Positions 51,937 through 64,000 of a stretch of DNA of 64,000 nt are shown here, in pieces. Each line of letters begins with the position of its first letter. Position 1 is the first letter of the stretch. The notes under the pieces were generated by a model. It had not been told where the DNA came from, did not search any database, and saw only the letters and a list, made by a program, of their open reading frames with translations. Source of the DNA: Eledone cirrhosa. Taxonomy: Eukaryota. A program made the position numbers and the translations under genes. The stretch covers positions 370,698,001-370,762,000 of the forward strand of contig OZ024743.1 in the NCBI GenBank assembly GCA_964016885.1, in the 5' to 3' direction.

Positions 51937-52012
51937 ATAATTTTGAGATAGAGCGTCCGTGATGTTTGCTCTGATTAGAGCAAACATCACGGACGCTCTA
52001 TCTCAAAATTAT
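51937..52012. repeat. Perfect 36-bp-arm hairpin, loop GATT
   Basis: direct reverse-complement check. Confidence 0.9.
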
Positions 52013-52123
52013 ATATGTATATATATATATGTATATATAAATGTATATATATGTATATATGTATATATATATATATGTATATATATGTATATATGTATAT
52101 ATATATATATATGTATATATATG

Positions 52124-52155
<32 letters not shown>

Positions 52156-52156
52156 C

Positions 52157-54050
52157 AATAACCTATATTACCCTTACCATAAACCAGGTGAAATACTCAC
52201 ATATATTAGCCCACACTCACTACCACCCACCGGCAGTCAACAGAGCAGTAATCAAATCTATCTCGTATAGGATCTCCATGCTATCAGCAAATGACGAGAT
52301 ATTTATAAACCATGCACAATATTATAATAAGGCTCTTTCTGAATCTGGTTATGAACAATCCATTTACTACATACCTAAATGCCATAACACAGCAATTCAC
52401 CATAATAAACTTAACGCTAGAACTAGAAATACCTTAGCATAGAGCCAGTTCGCCGGAATTTTAGCAGTAACAGCACCAACACAGGGAAGTTAAATGGTGG
52501 CAGCGGCCTGCTCCCCACTCCAAGTAGCAAACTAAAAATCAACCCTAGAATAGGAATGAGAAATGGGATGACAAATAACAAATCCCCAGGTAATAATAAC
52601 CCTAGGAAGGCCCCTACCAACTCCACTAGAACCCCTAGAAGGAATAGACCTAGAAATATCACCTGGCTTAACCCCCCATTCTCATCTAATGTAGCCACTA
52701 ATATCCCTAACCGCTTCTTCTCTATCCTATCTAAACATTTCCCCCCCAACCATAGATATTACAAACTCTTTAATAAAAATAACATTAAAATCTCATTCTC
52801 CACAACACCTAACCTAGCTAGCCACATCGCATTCAGTAACCATCATAAGCTAAGACACTATAACTCCCACACCGCGGTACCACCACCCCTATCAAATACA
52901 CCACGCCACTACACCAATAATTACTCTAGTAGCACACCTCCCCCATCTAATCCTTCTAGCACTGACCAACCGCTTAGGTTAAACTACCCTACTCTCACTA
53001 ACCGCAGAAGCAACTGCAACTGCCGTTACCCTAATGCATGCCCATTAAATGGACACTGCCTGACACCCAATATATTTTATAGGTGCACGGTTAAAACTGC
53101 TTCGAATACCAGCTCCTATATCGGGTCTACCTCTAACCCTTTTAAGGTATGCTCCAACGCGCACTCTTTTTCCTTCCGAGACCCTAACAACAGATGTTCA
53201 ACATCTCTAGCTAGGCTCATTAAAAACCTTAAATTAAGCAACATTGAACCCTCACTAAAATGGGATATTTTAGCTAGGGCCCAACCGTTCAATGGACGAA
53301 GAAAATCTTGTGATCTCTGTATTACCGAAGCATATTACATAACTCTATCACGACCTCTACCGATTAACGGAAGTAACTATTAGCTGTCAACATCGAAGGG
53401 CTAATTCCTTCGCCAACAGAATATTTGACCCAACATAGACATCTAGCCCCATTTTTACTTGTAGCTAATAAGTTAAATAGCTATAACTAACTTAGATAAT
53501 TATAAGTTACCTCCCCTACATTGTCTCTCAGTTAAAAAATTTAAAAAATTAGCACTTAACTATAAACTACCCACAATTTCTAATCTCTTGAGGAGTTACT
53601 TCCCCTGAAACCACCCTCTAATTAGTAAGGTAAATATGTCCATTGGCGACCATCTTGTTACCCATAGGCAGATCTCACACAATGCAGCCTCGACAGATGA
53701 ATACTGCTTGATTATGGCTGACAATTGATACACCCAGGACACCATAGTGAAATACCAATATATGGGACATTACATTATGTAACATTCTCTCCTTATCTTA
53801 ATTTATATTCCTTTGAAGTTCCGATGAGCTGCTCTGTTTTTAAATATGTTAATTATTTTCAACTGAAACAGATCAATAATGATATATAGTTATTTGATCC
53901 AGAAATATTATATGGAGTAGCGAAACAATTGTAAACGGACATTATTATTATTATTCTCTACATTCCTTACATCAAACTAAAATATGTTGACAATCTTTTA
54001 ATAATGTCTTCCTTGTGAAATTTGTGGTCTTGTTTTGCTTAACTAATGAA
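52157..54050 (+). mobile_element. Penelope-like element (Neptune-type linker), 5'-truncated: RT thumb, GIY-YIG, pLTR
   Basis: YPYHKP, HPPAV, ITWLNPPFS, CNCR..CPLNGHC, IFY..YIGST, CDLCITE. Confidence 0.9.
53818..53936 (+). ncRNA. Hammerhead with long stem II in the PLE 3' pLTR
   Basis: GTT-CCGATGA-GCTGCTC..GAGTAGC-GAAAC-AATT-GTA-AAC. Confidence 0.7.
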
Positions 54051-54057
54051 TATGTAC

Positions 54058-54112
<55 letters not shown>

Positions 54113-54113
<1 letters not shown>

Positions 54114-55110
54114 TTAAGAATGTAGGATTCACATGCAGCAGCTGTGCTGAAACAGCAAGCAAACAGCCACAGGAAACAAGTACCACCAATCTCTGGGAGG
54201 GCCCTGTAGAAACAGTAGACAGCTTCTGCTACCTAGGTGACCGAATTAGCAACGGAGGTGGGTGCTCAGAAAGTACAATAACTAGGGTAAGAACGGGATG
54301 GAAGAAGTTTAGGGAACTACTACCACTGCTAGCTGCAAAAGGCTTCTCCCTCAGAATGAAAGGCAGACTGTATGATGCGTGTATCCGAACAGCGATGTTG
54401 CATGGTAGTGAGACCTGGGCGCTGAAGGTGGAAGACCTACGTAGATTAGAGAGAAACGAAGCCTGCATGCTCCGATGGATGTGTAACAGTAATATACGTG
54501 AACGACAAAGCATAAATGAATTGAGAGAGAGACTGAGCATAAGAGGAATCAAATGCTGCGTGCAGGAGAGGCGGTTACGCTGGTATGGACATGTGATGCG
54601 TATGAAGGATGACAGCTGCATAAAAAGGTGCAGAGCACTAGAAGTTGATGGAAACCGCGGAGTGGGGAGACCCAAGATGACTTGGGATGAGGTGATAAAA
54701 GCCGACCTTACCCAACTACACCTCTCAAAGTCAATGACACACGACCGTGACTTCTGGCGTCACGCAGTAATACAGGGTACCCGACCTCCCATGGGTACAT
54801 GCTGAAGCATATAAACAATATGCCCCCCCCCCCCCCCCACCGCAAGGTGGTCGTGGAGGTGCCACGGCAAAAAAGCACCCAGCCCACACTGTAAAGTGGA
54901 CGTGTAGGCGCCACGAAAAAGCACCCAGCACTCACTGTAAATGAGGTTGGTGTTAGGAAGGGCATCCAGCTGTAGAAATCAAGCCAGATCAGTTCCTGTA
55001 TGAGCAAGGCATGGTCAGCCGACCAGACACTGCCCACAACAGGACAACCCGTCTAACCCATGCTAGCGTGGAAGAACGGACATAAAACGGTGATGATGAT
55101 GATGATGATG
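54113..55110 (+). mobile_element. RTE LINE 3' fragment, young
   Basis: almost identical to 61661-62655; (GAT)n tail. Confidence 0.92.
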
Positions 55111-55159
55111 ATACATATATATATATATACATGCAAATATTTATATATATATATATATA

Positions 55160-55402
55160 TTGAGCAAGACACTTTATTTCACATTGCTCCAGTTTACTCA
55201 ACTGTAGAAATGAGATGATAGGGACTGGGGTCCATATCATTCTAAAGTGGTCGTGGAGGTGCCATAGCAAAAAAGCACCCAGAACTCACTGTAAATGAGG
55301 TTGGGGTTAGGAAGGGCATCCAGCTGTAGAAATCAAGCCAGAATCAGTTCCCGTCCCACCCTTGCAAGCAGGGAAAGGCGGACGTAAAATGATGATGATG
55401 AT
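55160..55402 (+). mobile_element. SINE S2, 5'-truncated
   Basis: matches the reverse complement of 50266-50515. Confidence 0.85.
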
Positions 55403-55414
55403 ATATATATATAA

Positions 55415-55792
55415 TATATAAGATCAAAAGATGGTTAAAAGAGTTCCATGTATTATATTATGCGCATTTCTAAAAACAAATATCATCATGCATATAATAT
55501 AATTGCAAATATCATCATGCAAATATCATAACATATGATATGTTGATTTAAAACTACACTATTCACAAGTGTTTTTTAACCTTCATATCATGTCTTCCTA
55601 TTTTATCTGATGAAAACACAAATGTTATTGCATGATGATATTTGTTTTTGAAATGCGCATAATAAAATACATGGAACTCTTTTAACCATCTTTTGATCTT
55701 ATATATTATGTATACTCCAGTCCTACAAACTGTAGAGTGCTTCTTATCCGATATCTGCATTGCTTTATTGTACTACAATAAAACTCACCTCC

Positions 55793-55795
<3 letters not shown>
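55415..55795 (+). mobile_element. Fold-back pLTR (arms ~55415-55492 / 55629-55705) with hammerhead 55599-55669
   Basis: TATTTTAT-CTGATGA-AAACACAAAT..ATTTGTTTTT-GAAA-TGCGCA-TA-ATAAAATA; ACTC..GAGTGCT tail. Confidence 0.8.
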
Positions 55796-55831
<36 letters not shown>

Positions 55832-55839
<8 letters not shown>

Positions 55840-56555
55840 AAATAGTAAAAAAGAAAAAAATACAGTAGAAAATGCTGGGGGTTTTTTTCAGTATAATATC
55901 AAAACATTTATTTATAATGTTGGGAGTTCCGCGTTTAATCGTGGTACTGGTTTCAGTATATACTTTTTCAACAACAGAAGTGCAGTTAAAAGACATATGT
56001 ATACGAATAGTAATAAAATGGATAAGAAAAATTGTTAGATTTACAAATATATATAGAGAGGAAAGTTCATGTTTCTGTCCGAAGCTCTCTTTCGTTCTCT
56101 GCTAGTTGAACAGCTGAGGTGGTAGTAGTTTAAATTTTTGGTTCCAACTGCTGGTTTCGACTCATAGTAGTCGTGGGAGAAGAAAGAGAAGAGAGTGAAG
56201 TGGGTGAGGGGGGAGAAGAAGAAGGACAGGAGACAGGTGTGGTAACAATCTTCAGTGGTTATTGTCACTGTCAACAATTTTCCTATCTAAATATGTATGT
56301 AAAAACTAATAATTTTTCCTCTCCATTTTAAGATTATTCGTATAAATATTCAATTGAACTGAACTTTACACTTCCATCGTTGAAAAAGCATGTAATGCTG
56401 AAACCAGTGCCACGATTAAATGCGGAAATACACACTTTATAAATAAATGTTATGATATTATACTGCAAAAATCCATCCACCATTTTCTACTGTACTTTAT
56501 TCCTTTTTAATATTTGTTTATATTTATCAACTCGTGTGTCGCTTTTCAACATTCC
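55832..56555 (+). mobile_element. Old diverged fold-back element (arms ~55832-56058 / ~56285-56523) plus ACTC tail
   Basis: recognisable inverted homology, e.g. TACAGTAGAAAATG / CATTTTCTACTGTA, TTTAATCGTGG / CCACGATTAAA. Confidence 0.6.
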
Positions 56556-56587
56556 ATATATATACATATATATATATATATACACAC

Positions 56588-56620
<33 letters not shown>

Positions 56621-56899
56621 CACACATATATACATATATATATACATACATATATATATATATACACACACACATATATACATATATATATACACACACA
56701 CACACATATATACATATATATATATACATACACATATACATATATATACATACACACATATATATATATACATACACATATACATATATATACATATATA
56801 TATATATACATATACATATATATATACATATATATATACATATACATATATATATACATATACATATATATATATACATATATATATATATACATATAC

Positions 56900-56936
<37 letters not shown>

Positions 56937-57075
56937 CATATAAATATATATATAGATATACATATACATACATACATATACATATATGTATATGTATATA
57001 TATATGTATAACACATGCTAGTGTGGAAAATGGACGTTATACGAAGATGATGAGATGATGATATATATATATACG

Positions 57076-57155
<80 letters not shown>

Positions 57156-57897
57156 AAAACATAAGTATATATATATATATACATATATAAACATACATAC
57201 ATATACATACATATGTATATATATATACATATGTATATATACATACAAATATATCCATATATATATATACATATATAAAAGCACCCAGACCATACTGCAA
57301 AGTAGACGTGTAGGCGCCACGGAAACAAAGCACCCAGCAATCACTGTAAATGAGGATGGTGTTGGGAAGGGCATCCAGCTGTAGAAATCAAGCCAAAATC
57401 ATTTCCTGTATGAGCAAGGCATGGTCAGCCAACCAGACACTGCCCATAACAGGACAAGCTGTCTAACCCATGCTAGCGTGGAAGAACAGACGTAAAAAGG
57501 TGATGATGATGATGATATATGCATACATATATATATACATAAATATATATATACATACGTATATATATATATATATATACATACACACACACACACATAT
57601 ATATACATACAAACATATATATATATATATATACATACATATATATATACATAAATACACATATATATAGATACATATATATATATATGTACATATACAT
57701 ACGTATATATATATATATATACACACAAATGTATATATATACATATATGTATACACATATATATATGTAAAGACATATACATATATATATATATATATAT
57801 GTAAATATACATACATATATATATACACATATACATATATATATACACACATATATATATACATATATCTATATATACTTATAGACACACACGCATG

Positions 57898-57954
<57 letters not shown>

Positions 57955-58287
57955 CATCATCATCATCATCATCATTTTAAATATATATATATATATATAA
58001 ATATATATATAATATACATAATTAAATATATATATATACACATACATACATATATATATATATATATACATATATATATACACATATATATATATACACA
58101 TATACATATATATACACATATACATATATATACACATATACATATATATACACATATACATATATATACATATATATATATACATATACATATACATATA
58201 TATAAATATATATACACATATATATATATACATATACATATATATATATATATATATAAATCTACATATATATATATATACATTTAC

Positions 58288-58367
<80 letters not shown>

Positions 58368-58726
58368 TTATATATATATATATATATATACATATACACA
58401 TATATAAATATGTATGCATTTACATATATACATTTACATATATATATATATACATTTACATGTATATATATATATACATATATATATATTGTTATACTTG
58501 GGGAGGGTCATATTTGTGTAATATTGCCAGAATTAATTCATCGCCATATATATATACATTTACATATATACATATATATACATTTACATATATATATACA
58601 TACATTTACATATATACATAATATATATATATATATATATATACATAAATATATATATATATATATATATACATAAATATATATATATATATATACATAA
58701 ATATATATATATATATATATATATAC

Positions 58727-58761
<35 letters not shown>

Positions 58762-58824
58762 AATATATATATATATATACATAAATATATATATATATAT
58801 ACATAAATATATATATATATATAC

Positions 58825-58856
<32 letters not shown>
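56556..58856. repeat. Compound (TA)n/(TACA)n microsatellite with RTE 3' UTR fragments (57010-57060, 57278-57515)
   Basis: direct reading. Confidence 0.9.
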
Positions 58857-58863
<7 letters not shown>

Positions 58864-59293
58864 AAGAGTGAAGAATAACATGGTCAACAGTACAAAAAGG
58901 GTTTAATTTACAGTATTAACAATTGTTTCATTGATTAAGTTGTCTAAAAATTGCTAATCACTTGAAGTTGTGTCACTCATGGTTAAGCATACATTGTATT
59001 TAAACTTGAGTGACACAACTTCAAGTGATTAGCAATTTTTAGACAACTTAATCAGTGAAACAATTGTTAATACTGTAAATAAACCCCTTTTTGTACTGTT
59101 GACCATGTTATTCTTCACTCTTTCACTATTATTACTCCAAGGTTAACTTGCATAGAAACTCCAGAGAACTCACAAACTCGCTACCTAAGGAAACCTCTTG
59201 TTGAGTCAAACAACGCCGTACGATAAGACTATCCATAATACGGAATATTCACAACCTCTAAGTGGAGCAGCTATAAAGATAATTTGTTATCCC
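58857..59293 (+). mobile_element. Fold-back pLTR (arms 58857-58979 / 59007-59129) with hammerhead 3' half and tail
   Basis: near-perfect arms; GAAACAATTGTTA at 59057; ACTC at 59134. Confidence 0.75.
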
Positions 59294-61307
<2,014 letters not shown>

Positions 61308-62655
61308 TGTTCTTAGCCCTCTCCTGTTCATCATAGTCCTGCAGGCAATAACGGAGGAGTTTAAGACCGGATGCCCATGGGAACTCCTGTATGCTGATGA
61401 CCTCGCACTCATAGCTGAATCTATGGTAGAACTAGAGAATAAATTCCAAACCTGGAAGCAGGGACTAGAGAGAAAGGGCCTCAAAGTCAACATGACAAAG
61501 ACTAAGGTCCTTATAAGTAGACGAGAAAACAGAACCCAGATCCCCTCAGGGAAATGGCCTTGCTCAGTATGTAGGAAAGGTGTAGGTAGGAACTCCATTC
61601 TTTGCCCCAAATGCAAACAATGGGTACACAAGAGATGTAGCGGGATCTCAGGAAGCTTAATTAAGAATGTAGGATTCACATGCAGCAGCTGTGCTGAAAC
61701 AGCAAGCAAACAGCCACAGGAAACAAGTACCACCAATCTCTGGGAGGGCCCTGTAGAAACAGTAGACAGCTTCTGCTACCTAGGTGACCGAATTAGCAAC
61801 GGAGGTGGGTGCTCAGAAAGTACAATAACTAGGGTAAGAACGGGATGGAAGAAGTTTAGGGAACTACTACCACTGCTAGCTGCAAAAGGCTTCTCCCTCA
61901 GAATGAAAGGCAGACTGTATGATGCGTGTATCCGAACAGCGATGTTGCATGGTAGTGAGACCTGGGCGCTGAAGGTGGAAGACCTACGTAGATTAGAGAG
62001 AAACGAAGCCTGCATGCTCCGATGGATGTGTAACAGTAATATACGTGAACGACAAAGCATAAATGAATTGAGAGAGAGACTGAGCATAAGAGGAATCAAA
62101 TGCTGCGTGCAGGAGAGGCGGTTACGCTGGTATGGACATGTGATGCGTATGAAGGATGACAGCTGCATAAAAAGGTGCAGAGCACTAGAAGTTGATGGAA
62201 ACCGCGGAGTGGGGAGACCCAAGATGACTTGGGATGAGGTGATAAAAGCCGACCTTACCCAACTACACCTCTCAAAGTCAATGACACACGACCGTGACTT
62301 CTGGCGTCACGCAGTAATACAGGGTACCCGACCTCCCATGGGTACATGCTGAAGCATATAAACAATATGCCCCCCCCCCCCCCACCGCAAGGTGGTCGTG
62401 GAGGTGCCACGGCAAAAAAGCACCCAGCCCACACTGTAAAGTGGACGTGTAGGCGCCACGAAAAAGCACCCAGCACTCACTGTAAATGAGGTTGGTGTTA
62501 GGAAGGGCATCCAGCTGTAGAAATCAAGCCAGATCAGTTCCTGTATGAGCAAGGCATGGTCAGCCGACCAGACACTGCCCACAACAGGACAACCCGTCTA
62601 ACCCATGCTAGCGTGGAAGAACGGACGTAAAACGGTGATGATGATGATGATGATG
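61308..62655 (+). mobile_element. RTE LINE 3' fragment, young, open reading frame with PHD insertion
   Basis: [40 protein letters not shown]; stop at 62352; (GAT)n tail. Confidence 0.93.
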
Positions 62656-62877
62656 ATATACATATATATATATATATACATATAAAAATATATATATATA
62701 TATAAATATAGATATATATATATAGATATATATATACATATATATATATACATATATATATACATATCTATATACATATATACATATCTATATACATATG
62801 TATATACATATCTATATACATATATATATACACACATATATATGTATATATATATATATGTATAGATAGATATATAT

Positions 62878-63184
<307 letters not shown>

Positions 63185-63197
63185 CATACACACACAC

Positions 63198-63234
<37 letters not shown>

Positions 63235-63235
63235 C

Positions 63236-63282
<47 letters not shown>

Positions 63283-63692
63283 TATATATACATATATATA
63301 TACATACATATATATACACATATATATACACACACATATATATGTGTATATATATATATATATATATACATATATGTATATTTATATAAATATACATATA
63401 TACACATATATGTATATACATATATACACATATATGTATATGTATATAGATATATACACATATATGTATATGTATATTGATATATACACATATATGTATA
63501 TATACATATATATGTATACATATATATATACACATATATGTATACATAAATACACATATATATACACATATATACACATATATGTATATGTATATAGATA
63601 TATACATATATATGTATACATATACATATATACACATATATATATACATATATACACATATATCTATATGTATATCTACATATATATATGTA

Positions 63693-63790
<98 letters not shown>

Positions 63791-63823
63791 CATATATATA
63801 TGTATATATATATATATATATAT

Positions 63824-64000
63824 ATTCAGGTTTGAGGTTCACCACTGGATAGAGCTGGTCAATTCCGTGTGGTCAATCTCAATGTAATAATATAGAGAGT
63901 ACTCAACGTAAAGCAGTTCAACCGTCTTCGTTTGTGTAGTTGGTGGTTCTAGTACGGAGTTAAATATTATAATGAAATGACAGGAGGTTTATTATACTAT
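63824..64000 (-). mobile_element. Second copy of the 17280-17448 pLTR tail (cut by window)
   Basis: reverse-complement homology. Confidence 0.8.

Overview
Eukaryotic, AT-rich, microsatellite-saturated DNA that looks cephalopod/octopus-like (inferred from the tRNA-SINE and RTE/Penelope families; not verified). No host gene could be supported; almost everything is transposon-derived. Contents: two head-to-tail Tx1/L1-clade LINEs joined by (ATT)8, which abut tail-to-tail an R4/Dong-type RLE LINE across (ATT)15; a diverged sister Tx1 fragment sitting in (TA)n; several RTE LINEs, including one twin-primed inversion with a 10-bp TSD and a family carrying a PHD finger inside the RT; a decayed autonomous Helitron (Rep-PIF1) plus a chain of non-autonomous Helitrons; and two tRNA-SINE families. 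The most striking signal is a dense population of Penelope-like-element (PLE) termini. At least a dozen type I hammerhead-ribozyme motifs from unrelated families are visible by eye. Many sit in ORF-less fold-back palindromes inserted in (TA)n, whose inverted arm stops just before a shared ACTC...GAGTRCT tail motif. One hammerhead carries the compensatory U3-A8 core. All alignments and folds were done by eye.
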